64,000 nt of DNA. Source: Trichosphaerium sp. ATCC 40318. Taxonomy: Eukaryota > Protista > Tubulinea. Positions within the stretch are counted from its first letter, which is position 1; every line of letters starts with the position of its first letter. The position numbers and the translations under genes are program-made. Shown piece by piece: positions 12,369 through 26,339 of the stretch. The notes beneath the pieces were generated by a model. The model worked only from the letters and a program-made list of their open reading frames with translations. It searched no databases and had not been told where the DNA came from. Location of the stretch: NCBI GenBank assembly GCA_038496445.1, contig JALMLS010000075.1:62001-126000 (forward strand), in the 5' to 3' direction.

Positions 12369-14838
12369 CTATACTTGCATTGCAGCATTTGGAGACATTA
12401 TTCTACTTCTTACTGATATCTCTAAATAAAGGTATAAATATTAAAGAAAATGATTAGAGACATACCTCTCTCAGAGGAAGCAAGCATATTTTGTTTTTCT
12501 GGGATTACCAATAATTTGGGCACTCCATGCACCTCAGGCAAAGGTGTATGTGAACAATGATGTTTTATTAATTGTGCCAGTGATTCTGTATCACCAAGCT
12601 CCCACCAATATGGGACATGTACTAGACTTATACCTACAAATAAGTCAACAAAAAAAACAGAAAAAAATTGTTAATGCTTTTTTTCACAAAATCGTACCAC
12701 TGTCCATGCACTGTTGAGCTTTTTCTGAGTCTAGAGTCTTCCATAGAACAGAAGGGCTATGAGGTAGTATATCATGATAATGTTGTTCTCCTAAAATCAA
12801 TAAGGCGTTAGAACGAGAACGAAATTCAGTATTTGTTTGAGACATATTACCTTGGTACTCAATGGCAAGTGAATATTTTGGTACAAAAATATCTACTGAT
12901 AATACAGAATAAGAGCTACCCCTAGCCCCTATACTGTGCTCTTCTTCGATTTCATCATTTGGAAATATTTTAGAAATACATTCACGTAGGTATCTGTAAG
13001 AAGTCAGTTAACTGAAACCACCATTTTGTGGAGCTTTTTTTTACCTTTGAATTGAACGCTTTGAAATCAAGTCAAACTTACTCCAATTCCATTTGATACC
13101 TGGATACATTCTAACTAATGCTTTTGGTAACGATTTAACAAACGTAATACCGCCAAGGATACCCATCTGAGTCTGAGAAATACGATACCTTACATATGTC
13201 AGATTTCAACTCAAACAAAACAGAAATTTTGTATTACCACGCTTCTGGGTCACTTGATAAATTAAACTTCTTTGCAGCTAATTGTAAAAAATTCATTTGA
13301 TTCTCTGTACTATCCCAATAACCCCTAGGTAACCTCCTAGTAGTAAAACAATGAAAATCAAGCATATAAAAAAAAAGCAACACATTTTCTCATCACGTGC
13401 TCAGTATCAATTAGACACGTTTTGTAAAACTATGACTTACATGACTTCCAAATCTTTCCACTCATAATTAGGATATAAAGACGTAAGTGCATTGCTCACA
13501 GAACCTCCATACCTATGAAACCACATAAATAAATGCACGAAACAGAAAAATTAATTAATTTGCAAAAAAAAAAAGCACGTACTTGTGATTTACAATACTC
13601 CCAGCACCGCCTTTAACAACTTTCTCCCAACTCAATGCTTGCCAATCACTAAACGTATAAATATCCTTGGTTTCAGCAACCTCTTCAAAACGCTGACGTT
13701 GATTATCAATACTATCCCAATGACCATTTGGAACAAAACTAAAAAAAAAAGGTATTTAGTTATTGTTGTGTTCAAAAAAAAACTGGTATTGCTAGAAATT
13801 CATGATCGCTGAAATCAATAGGAAAATCAGTGTTATATCTACAAAAGACAATGTAGGCCATTAGCTAAGGTAGATAGGTAACCATAAAACGGCGATCTTT
13901 CTTTTTTTTCTGACTAAAACAGAAGATGTACGTGAATTTATGCCTGTCCCAGTCATGTTGTGGATACAAGCTCTTTAGACATCGAATGAGCTTACCGTGT
14001 CTAAGATTAGTGTGTTATTTCGTGAAGGGTTGTAAATTTTAGGTCACGTGACAGTTTTTTATATTGAACAAAAAAGAAACGTAGTAAATTTAGATTGTAT
14101 CTCTTCAGAGTTTACGTTGTGAATCTCTGTAAGTTTATGAGTGGTATACGTACTGTCTGATAACACCATGAGCACCATTTTCAAGAATATTGGAACGTGT
14201 CACATCATACCAACCATCTAGTGTCTTGATATCCAGTTTTTGAGCCAAAAGTTCCCACTTTCTTTTTCTATTATGTACATTGTTCCAATGAGAGTGGGGT
14301 AGACCCTTACTACATAAACATTGTTAAACAACTACCACAAACCATTAAAGTAACACACTACAACAGCATGGAACACGTGTGACGTAGCATGATGTAGGAA
14401 GCAAATGTGTAAAAAAACCAATAAGTTTCGTACAATAATCTGGACCAGTCATAATCAGGGAAGACATTTTTTAGCGCTCTGGATAGAGAACCTTTGTAGT
14501 ATGTGAGGAGAATACCACCACCCGCTTTTTTGACGTCTGAAGTGGTAACAAAATGCCAATCGAATAGAGTGCGTACCTACACAGTTATTTAACATGTAAG
14601 TACAGTTTCGATCGTTTTATGGCGTACGTTACATTTTTGCCCAATGTTTGACAGAAACGCCGCTTGATGGCGTTTATTGCTCCAAAAACCATCAGGTAAC
14701 TTATCAAACGCTTTATTTAACAATATGTCATAAAATAATAGTCACTGTCAATGAAATACCTGTAAACGATGTCCTACGCTTGCGCTCTGGTAAAAAGCGC
14801 TGTTTTTGAGCGCCTAATGGTAAAAGTCTACTAGCCAT
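12369..14838 (-). CDS. Trp-rich helical-repeat protein with C-terminal PD-(D/E)XK/RAP-like domain, possibly mitochondrial
   Basis: About four ~65-aa repeats (P.GFW.N...Q..FL..I.......DW..VT..DV...GG..L..Y.GSL..AL..V.P.YDW), then VDIFVPKYSLAIEYQGEQHY...GISLVHVPYWW. Arg-rich N-terminus. Confidence 0.7.
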
Positions 14839-14954
14839 GTACAATACACACTACCATAGCGTATGCGGGTTCTCTCTACCAGTACGTTGTTGAGAGACGT
14901 ACAGAAACATAATTAAGCGAGTCAAACTAAGTTAAAGGATTTTAAATTTTCAAA

Positions 14955-17900
14955 TGGGCAACAAGCACAAGAGCAAGCCAAAACCGAAGGCATCGTTCTC
15001 ATTACCTTATGATCCTAATAAAGAAGCCATTGATTGGGACGTTAACCACGGTTATTGGTGCAATGGTTGTACAAAGCCAATAACTACAAAATACCACTAT
15101 CATTGTTCCGGTTAGTAATATTACACGCTCTAGATTGTATTATCTAAAATAAGCGCGCAGAGTTAAAGGATTTTGATTATTGTGAGACTTGCTATGCGGA
15201 GAAGGGTCATAAATACTACATGGCGAAAGAAATCGGTACTTTGTTTTTCTATTTTTATTTCTTCGTTTTCAGATAAAAACCGACGTGTGTACAACATTTC
15301 GCCTAAACAAGTCAGAAATTTCCTCATTTTTTCGTTTTTAGCCCATCCCCAAGCCATTGTAGCAAGGTTAAATCGTACCAATTGTATGGCTGGATTATTC
15401 AGGTACAGTCATGTTGTTTGTTCACGTGTTCATTGTAACAATAGAATTGCATTTGCAAGTTTTCCTAATCGCTTATGCTTTGGTACTTTCATTAATAAAG
15501 ATGGTGTCAAAACTCCCTTGTGGAAGACGTATAAGGTAATTGATAAACTCCAAACTTAGTATTAAATATAGACTTCTCGATTAAAAATATAATAGGAGGT
15601 TGGTGAAGCAGTGGATGCGTTTTGTGCCGGGTTAAGCAAAATTGTCAAAGAAGTACAATTGTTTTTAGTTTCCGCCCAGTTGTTTTTCTTACCAATGAAC
15701 TAGAGAGATTTCGTAGGTATATGCAGTACAAATAGGCCAGAGTGGATCATAGCAGATATTTCTTGCGTTTATTTGAATGTAGTGGTTGTACCTATACCTC
15801 ATAACGTTGGTAGGACAAATTGTTTTAATCAGTACATGGATTGTACTGACAAGTATTAATAGATATTGAAAAAGTTTGTCACGTTGTACAGGACACAGAT
15901 ACCAAAGTAGTAATATGTAGTGGAAAAATGACTCCCATGGTACAATCCTATCACCTTTATACACAACATTAATAATTGTGTTAGTTCTACAAACTGAAAC
16001 CAAAATGTCCTACAGTACATACAATTATTCTTATGGACAAAGTTGATATTTATCCTCCATCTAACTGTAAAATTATACAATTCTCAAGCGTTTCAGAATC
16101 AAGTAAGGATATAGCACTTGACGTAACCCCTATAATGAAAGGAGAAGATGTTTGTACGCTAAAAAATAATTCCAGCAATACACTAACAAGTACTCAAGAC
16201 AGTATAATTTTTACAAGTGGTAGTACGGGTATGCCGAAGGTACGCCTCTTTTGTTAAGCAAGTCAATCATCGCCATTGAGCATCTCACACGAACTTAAGG
16301 GAACTATACATACACATGATAGTTGGATGTACTCTTTAAAGAGGGATACCAGATCATACGTTGATCCGCTTGTAAGTGTTTTTAGCTTGAACTTTTTTGG
16401 TTGTTAGTCTCAAGCTCACAGTATGTTCGTAGGTAGAGCTGTCTTTTAATCCAATGTCACATACTAGCCCTAGAAGGTTTATACATATATCATTGATACG
16501 CGGTGGGCGCACAGCATTCTACTCTGGGGTACGTAGAGCAAGGAAATCTCAAAGAGTTTTTAAGAATATTTTAGGATATTTCAAAGGTTTATGAAGAAAT
16601 TGGTATTATTCGGTCCTCAGTTATTAGTTCTACACCACGGTAATAAATACTTTAAATCTGTTTCTATGTGCTTAAAATAGCATAGACTATGGAATGTGTT
16701 GTACGGACAGTTTAAATCTGAGCTTGCTCATCGTATTACAAATAAATCTGAAGAAGAAACAGATGATGATGTAGAAGAAGCAGTAATGAAGGATTTTAGA
16801 GATAGACTTGGTGGTAGAATTAGTGTCATAGGTTAGGGTTTAAGTACCTCTCTTTAAGCTTTAACTATTCGTTTAGTTACTGGAGGAGCGCCTACGCCTA
16901 AAGATACAATTAGTTTTCTGTCAAGGTATTGTTTTACAGAAATATGGCTTTAACTGTTTCTATAGATGCTATAAATGTTGGGTTAGTAATGGATATGGTG
17001 CAACTGAAGTTGGAGGTATTATGGGAGACGGAAGAATCCGTCCTGACGTGGGTAAGAAGTAGTTCTTTAATTAAAAGAGAAACCTGACAATGAGTAGAAT
17101 TCAAACTTGTTGATGTTCCTGAACTGGGTTACTTGACTACAAACGATCCACCATGTGGTGAAGTATGTGTAAAGTACGTCTATTTCTATTATTAGGTTAG
17201 TAATTATTCTGATAAATGAGTAAGGTCTGGAGGAATTGTCAAAGGATACTGGAAAGATAAAGCAGAAACGTTCGAACAAAACAAGAACCTTTTTCTCTTC
17301 TCAATTGTTCATTAGGTCAAAGCATTTCAAGGATGGGTGGTTCCATACTGGGTAAGTAGTCAAATAATCTAAACAAGTTTTTATTTAAAATACCGGTTAC
17401 GGTTACTCTTTAATTCTGTTATAGTGATATTGGACAGAGAGATGTCAAGACTGGTCTTGTAACCTTAATAGATAGAAAAAAACACTTCTTTAAAATGGCA
17501 CAAGGTGTTTTTATTGCGTACGTCATTCTATCCATTCTTGGCAATACTTTTCTTCTGTATCTATATTTCTAACTTATGATTAGGCCAGAGCATTTAGAGA
17601 ACATATTTGAAGGCAATAAATACGTCCAGCAAGTTTTTATTCATGGCAACTCGGAGAAGTCATCACTTGTACTGATAAAAAAAAATACTTATCTAAATAA
17701 CGGTGTTAGGTCGCCCTTGTTATACCTCTTATGAAAGTTGTTAATCAAAATATAGAAGTGCGTTGTGTACACTTCTTTTAAAGTTAATAGCTAATGGGTT
17801 GTTCAGAATGGTCAGGACGCTGAATCTTTAATTCTAGATAGTTTTTTGGAGACAGCTCAAAAACGACAGGTCAGAGCACATGAAGTACCAAAGAAAGTAC

Positions 17901-20350
17901 GTTTATACGCACAACATGAGTTACTTATATGACTGTAATAGATTAAAATCATTACTGAAGCGTTCAGTATTGAAAACAAGTGTCTGACTTCAACAAGAAA
18001 AAAATCGAGAAAAGGCATTAAAGAAAAATACAAAGCTGAGTTACAAGAACTTTATGATGAGATTGACAATACCCAAGAAACACTTAAATATGTCATAGAA
18101 GATGCACTTAAACTAGATAATCCATCGGTTCGTAGCTCCATGTTTTTAAAATCACTCCAAGAATCTTCTTTTCGTATTTAAAAAACAGACAAAATTAAGA
18201 TTGACTGAAGAATACCAATGTTCGCTCTTCATCCCATTATAATGTTTGACGAGAGCTGTTTGAAACTAAGAATCCCTAACAACAATTACAGGTACCACTC
18301 CACGACAACTTTTTTACCCTTGGTGGAGATTCTTTATCAGCTTTAACTACTGTGAAAATAATACAAAGAGACTTTGGCGTAGAAGTGCCTATTTCAATGT
18401 TGATGGAAAATCCGCTTACAGGTATATTTATATTTGTTTATCTGGGAGACAGACTGTTTTATTTTGTTCAAAAGCAGTACCACACTACAAGTAGTTTTAC
18501 AAGAATACAAACAATATCTTTTATTTGCATTAGTACACTCAAACTTCATAAGTGGTTTTTTTTACACAAAAGGAATGTTCTGTACAAGAAAAATCCGAGA
18601 TTATTTATTTCTTCTTTTAAATCCATTGTGGTACAATGCAGCACTATTAGAGGTCTCGCTGTATAACTGAATGTTCTTTGTAGAGGTAGTAAAGTATATC
18701 AAGGCACAGATGCAAGGAGACAAAGCTATAGTAAAGAAAAAACCGAAGTCCAATTTGGATATTCTCAAGAATATTTGCAGTGAAGTAAAGCTTCCAGACT
18801 CTATTAACGCTGATAATAACCTTGTTGTATCCAAAGAAGATATTATATTCGTAACAGGAGCAACAGGATTCCTTGGAGCTCATATACTAAGCTCGTTGAT
18901 AAACATAAACGACAAAACGCCCAAGAAAAGAATTTCAAAAGTTGTTTGTTTAGTAAGAGGAAAAAACGAGAAATCTGGAATGAAGCGACTTAAACGGATC
19001 ATGAAGCGTTTTGATTTATGGACAGATAACATAAGCACTATAATTGAAGTTGTAAGCACCTCTTTAGATACTTCTAAATCATTCTAAGCTAATTAATTGA
19101 AAGGTATGTGGCGATTTGTCTAAAAAGCTGTTTGGTCTTTCTCAGAAAAAATTCGATGAACTGTCTTCTTCAATTACTTCCATCTATCATTGCGGTGCAT
19201 GGGTAAACGGATTATATGATTACAAGGTACTAACTTAATACACTCACCTCAATCAGTCTTTTCTTTGATTAAGTTCTTAATATAGACTCTGAGACCAGCA
19301 AATGTGTATGGTACTGTTGAGGCTCTTCGCCTGGCATCAAACAAGACTTTAAAACCATTCAACTTCGTTTCTTCAATGGGCGTTGTACCTAAATCGGGAA
19401 CTGAGAGTTTAACAGAAGACATTGTACTCACTGACGACAATCCATTAGCGTTTAATATCTCTGGATACAGGTACAACACCAAGGTATTCCATCAAACTAA
19501 ACTTTTTCAGTCAATCAAAATGGGTAGCTGAAAGAATTGTTCATCTTGCACACAAGAGAGGTACGTTACTATTAGAACTATGATATTGTAATCACACTCA
19601 TTAAGGAATGCCTGTTACTGTGTGTAGACCTTCGACTATTTGTTGCAGTACTGTCACTGGAGCATCAAATGATTTTGACCTTGTCAATAAGGTCATGCTA
19701 TCATTTCACCATCTCCAGGCGTTCCCAGAGTACGTCACCACAGCAACAAAAAGAAACTATTCCAGCTTATGCTGTCATCTATGCATTCCTCTTGATGGAA
19801 CCTAGTTAGAGTTCTCTACTTTTCTGTCATTTTGTACTAGTCTCTTTCATCTCACATTAAATTAGCTCTATCGGCAATGCGGTATTGAATCTAGTGCCAG
19901 TAGACTATTGTGCACATGCAGTAGTAACAATTGGACAGAATTGGGAAACCTTCAATGGTCAAGTACGCAAAGGAAAAACCAATAACAGCGTTTATTAACT
20001 TTTTTTTTTAAAAGACGTTTCACGTGGTCAACAGTCGTTCTCAAAACTGGAAACTTATTTGCAAAGCGTTGAAACAAAATGGTTCTTTACTAAGGACTGT
20101 TTCATTCAAACAATGGAAGAAATTATTGAAAGCAAACACAGAAGAGTCTCCTTTAAAAGCTACAGTCTCTTCTTTTTTAGGTCATTCTTTTCCTCATTTT
20201 CAGTCTAACTACGATGGTAAAAACCTACACAAGGTAGTATATGATTTATCTCAGGTGAAGTGTCCAAGAGTTACGATAGATATTTTACAAAAGAGTTTGG
20301 CATACTATGAAAGGACAAATCAGTTACCGAAGAAGATTGAATACGAATAA
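14955..20350 (+). CDS. NRPS-like carboxylic acid reductase (A-T-R) with N-terminal ZZ-type zinc finger
   Basis: CNGC..YHCS...DFDYCETC...H (ZZ); adenylation motifs FTSGSTGMPKG, GYGATE, GWFHTGDIG, IDRKKHFFKMAQG; carrier FFTLGGDSL; reductase VTGATGFLG, HCGAWVN, GYSQSKWVAE. Confidence 0.9.
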
Positions 20351-21321
20351 ACAACATTTCACCAAATTTTTTGTGTGGACAACAGACTCTGCATCTCTTC
20401 TGAAAACAACTTTTTTGGTCAACAAAATTGGATATATTATAGTTTAAATCCTAAAGTGGTGGTATACTACTTTTATTAGAGGCACAACTTCAGATTAGGT
20501 GACCGGACGTCCGAATTAAGCACATTGACTTTTCCGATTGTAGCTAGTTGAAAAAAAGAAAGGCGTAAAACTAGCTCTAATGCACGTATCAAAGCGAAAT
20601 AGAGTACTGTGCAATAAAGTAGCTGAGCTTACTTAAACGAGAACAACAGTACAATAGCAAAGGTAAGGGATGACGAAAAGTGTTGTATCAATTAGTTCAG
20701 ATAGCCTTGAAGCGCACAAAAAGGGTAAGCAGCGTAATTCGGGTATGATAAACTAGCGCAATATAGATTTCTCGCTAGTTTCATGTCTTTCACCCAGTAT
20801 TAGCTACTATTTCTGTATTGGCAGCGTATGCTTGTTCTACACCTAAAAAGCACTTAGCAAATCGAGAGGTCGTCCCAAATAAGGCAAACAACACAACACT
20901 TGCATTTTAAAGCCACCACTGTTAAATACGAAACAAAAACACTCCGCCAGCGCTTTTTTTAAGCCCTTCCTAGATTAGTAGTTTTGTGTTCATTCATTGT
21001 ATTCCCCAAGTCCTGACCCTTTTTTCAATATGTAATGTAACTCCAATACCCTATATCTCCGCCAGGTTACTACACGGAGGCTAAAAACGTCGTGAAATTG
21101 AGAGAATCTTAAATAAAAAAATAGCGAATTTTCAACACTTTATCGTAATTCACAGCCTATTCACTTTCGCGACAACATCTCCACCCTATTGTTTTCAAAC
21201 ACACTCACGTTTGAACTACAACTACTACACCTTCACTCGCGAACACCCAACCAACCTATAACACAAATCTATCACAAACAACTCCCCCATCACATAAAAA
21301 CCCACCTTTAACTACAAGAAC

Positions 21322-22404
21322 ATGTCCTACCGCAGCAGAAAACGTAAATACGTAAAGAACGCCTGCACTAATTGCAGAGCAGCACACGCAAGTTGCACCA
21401 ACAAGAAAGCTTGCAAACGTTGCGTAAAACTCAACTTGGAGTGCACTGTAGAACCAACGTACGATTCCCTTTTCATTTTCCCAAACGACAAAGTCTTTTT
21501 TATCTCTTTTGAATTCGTCTTTCTGAATAAATTACAACAACCTCTAACCTATATGTAGTGCACCTACAAGACGTAAACGAAGAAAGTCTGAACTTGCAGC
21601 AGCTAAAGCTACAAAGACTGAAAAACCAACGTTGAAGACGATTGGAATTCATACCACAAAAGGTACGCAACCAAAATGGTTTTGCAACATCCCTTACAGC
21701 CAATTGTTTTTCGGTTATTCGAATTTCGAACAAAAATACTTACGTTATCCTTTCTAGGCGCCCCTACGAAGCCTTCAATGAGAAATTCATCTCTTAGCTT
21801 CACTGTAGCTATGCCAGCAACCTTTGGAAGAAAATATAGTGCTATTGAACAAAATAGCCTCGCAAACGAGCTTAATCACTCTCGTGAAGAGTTACAAAAA
21901 CTTCACGCTGTATACTCGAGCCTACAACAGGAAATCAACGAAAAGCGCAACGAGATAATGTTACTCCAGAATAGAGTTTCAGGACCTCTCGCGTCTGATC
22001 ACTTGGATCTCCCTATGCATTCACCAATGGATGTGCTCAATCTACGCCGAGTTACCCCTATGGACGAGATGTGCTTAATGTCCGATATGACATCCATTCC
22101 AGCGTACTACGGCGCTGAAACAACCGATCCACTTTCAATGTCAGCCACTTCTGACGAAGAAGAAAACAGCATCGAGACATCCGATGAATGGAACTCTTTC
22201 TACTCATCGAATACACCAAACATTGAAAGCCTGATGCTAGACTCACCTCTACTATCAATGAAGAACGAGCAATCATTCAACTTGAAGACAGAGATGAAGA
22301 GCGAACATGGAGTAGTAGGAGGATCATTCAATTCAATGCCAACGATGCCTTTCTCATCAGAAACATCCTTTGACGCCTGGCTTCAACCAGTGACGAGCTT
22401 TTAA
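21322..22404 (+). CDS. Zn(II)2Cys6 binuclear-cluster transcription factor with coiled coil and acidic tail
   Basis: ACTNCRAAHASCTNKKACKRCVKLNLEC matches C-x2-C-x6-C-x5-C-x2-C-x6-C; heptad coil LQKLHAVYSSLQQEINEK; S/E/D-rich C-terminus. Confidence 0.9.
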
Positions 22405-23053
22405 AGTACTCTCACCCTCCTACATCAAATATCTTGTTTGCAACCAAAGCGGATGAATTTTTTTTTTACCCCCTCTATCTACTTCTATTTGATTGGTGTG
22501 CGATTGCGTGTGTGTTTTTTTACCCGGTAAAGAAGCTCTGTATTTCTAGAATTTTAAAATGTGGTTTTATGTGTTAGATTTTATCTAAACAGACAAAAGA
22601 GAATAAATAGGCCTATTTAGTATTATAATTTTCGGCCTACTGTTTTGTTGCAACGAAATGCTGCTCTTTTTTATTAAAAGGCGCTAGATACGTTCTACGC
22701 TCATGTGTGAAGCTTGATATATGGTTTAAACGCGGTTTTGTTGCAATTAGTATTGAAATTGCTTTAAAGGTAATCAAAAGCGAAGACTGCACTGTATAAA
22801 TGGGGTTTTTTCGTCACACGTAAAAGGAATGTTCAGCTGGCGAAGCGAAACACAACTACCAATTTGGATTTCGAACAAATGGAATTCTAGTGCACGTAAA
22901 TTTTAACATACACTACTCCATGGAGCTCGTTAATGTGTTGAAAATTTTACCCAATAAACTACAAATTTCTAAAGACGGTTAATAACGCAACAGCGCTAAC
23001 AGGTTCACTAAATAGAAGGAATCAAAACGAACTTTTTATTGTTATTGTTGTTT

Positions 23054-24016
23054 CTACTTTTTGAAGTTTGGTATGTTTTTCGTAAAAAATGTCAAATCCA
23101 GTGGAACAAGATCACCAATAAACATTGCGTATTGATCATGTGCGTTATATTCTAGACGATGTTGACCTTCTTGCCATGTAACAGGGTGCATAAATATAGA
23201 TATACCTTGCCTGTTACACATAAGCCAAGAAACAGCAATACCGATATTAGTGAAAACTTTTGGATCAGTCGTTTCGAACTTCACTTCCCATCCTCCTTGA
23301 ATATGTGGTCCGTTCTCTCCTGGTTTATAGTAACAATGGCTTGTAGGCTTTATACCTTCGCTCTCTAGGAAGGAAAGGAAGTTATCATAGATTTGGGTTG
23401 CAATAGGAGCTTCATCGTCCTTGTAATCCATGTGAATATGAAATCCTCTTTGGATTATTTTGAAAGGATCTAAAAAGTCGGATGCCTTCAATCCTTGGTT
23501 GTTCTTGTACTCCTCATCCTTTTGTTCTTGTGACATGACTCTCTTAGTACGTGTATCGACTACTTTACCGTCCGCTGTTCTTGGTGGATGGAAGAAAAAG
23601 TCGAGTTTCTGATCGACCCTGTAACTGAACCACAAAGTGTTGTTTTGGTTATCTCTGCCTTCTGTTTCAAGGTCGTCCTCTAAAGAATCATCATGCGTTA
23701 ACGGATGAATGTAAGCGCTTAAGCCAAAGCGATTAATAGCCATAAAGCTGATGGCCAAACCGAGTTGTTCCAAAATGTTTTTTGGTTTTTCTTCTACGCG
23801 TAGTTCCCACATGTACGCCAAGTGAGGGCCGTAACCGGGAGTGAATGACGCGTTTGCGCTGATTTCTATACCGTTTTTCTTCAGAAAAGCGCTACAATTC
23901 TCTTGAATTACAAGGGATTTGCCAAATTGTTCTTTAGGAAGCTCTTGGTGTACATGAAAACCCCAAATTGCTTCTCTTGGATTAACCCATTTTAATTCCG
24001 GCTTTTTAGACGTCAT
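23054..24016 (-). CDS. Tandem-duplicated DOPA 4,5-dioxygenase-family protein (intronless)
   Basis: Two copies of GFH.H...GPH...W...(F/W)L..NR.G.S...HP; the second ends in NAH...A.FIG...LDL. Confidence 0.8.
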   Translation of the reverse strand: MTSKKPELKWVNPREAIWGFHVHQELPKEQFGKSLVIQENCSAFLKKNGIEISANASFTPGYGPHLAYMWELRVEEKPKNILEQLGLAISFMAINRFGLSAYIHPLTHDDSLEDDLETEGRDNQNNTLWFSYRVDQKLDFFFHPPRTADGKVVDTRTKRVMSQEQKDEEYKNNQGLKASDFLDPFKIIQRGFHIHMDYKDDEAPIATQIYDNFLSFLESEGIKPTSHCYYKPGENGPHIQGGWEVKFETTDPKVFTNIGIAVSWLMCNRQGISIFMHPVTWQEGQHRLEYNAHDQYAMFIGDLVPLDLTFFTKNIPNFKK

Positions 24017-24235
24017 TTTCTATGTAATAACAAGCTGTCAACTCAACGACACGAATTCGTTACTGCCTTAATCAACAACTTAAACGACGGCCTACAACGT
24101 TTTTCTGACAAGAAAATTACAGCGAATATTATGTATAAATGATATACTACGGGTGTAACCCCTTTACTAACTGTTGTTGTACAAAAAAATGTCACAAGCA
24201 CCAGAATCAGTACTTTCGTGACATAGTAAGCTTGC

Positions 24236-25993
<1,758 letters not shown>

Positions 25994-26339
25994 CTGCAGT
26001 TAAAAGTCAGCTAAGCGATCATCTACTAGTTTGGCCTAAACTGGCAAAATGCAGCCTAAAGTTCGCAAGAACGAGTACAAAAAGCGACCAAAAATGTAGA
26101 GCGGAACGCTGGCGTTAATTTATGCTGGTTTCAGGTAATTTAAAGCTCAAGAGCAATTTACGACGTGCCTTTTGTTGATTGTTGTTTACGGAAGTTTGGT
26201 CTTTGGGCTAATGTGCCTTAATAAGTGTTTAAGCGCCCTACCGTTTCGAGTCGCTCTGTTTAGTGTGTGATTCGCTCTAGTAGCCGCCTACCAAGCTTAA
26301 TTTGATTCTTCGCTCGGTTGGGCATTATTTTTGGCAGGG

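Noticed and set aside
18128-18683. Long CAR introns as snoRNA hosts
   Set aside because: No convincing paired C/D boxes or H/ACA double hairpin were found by eye.
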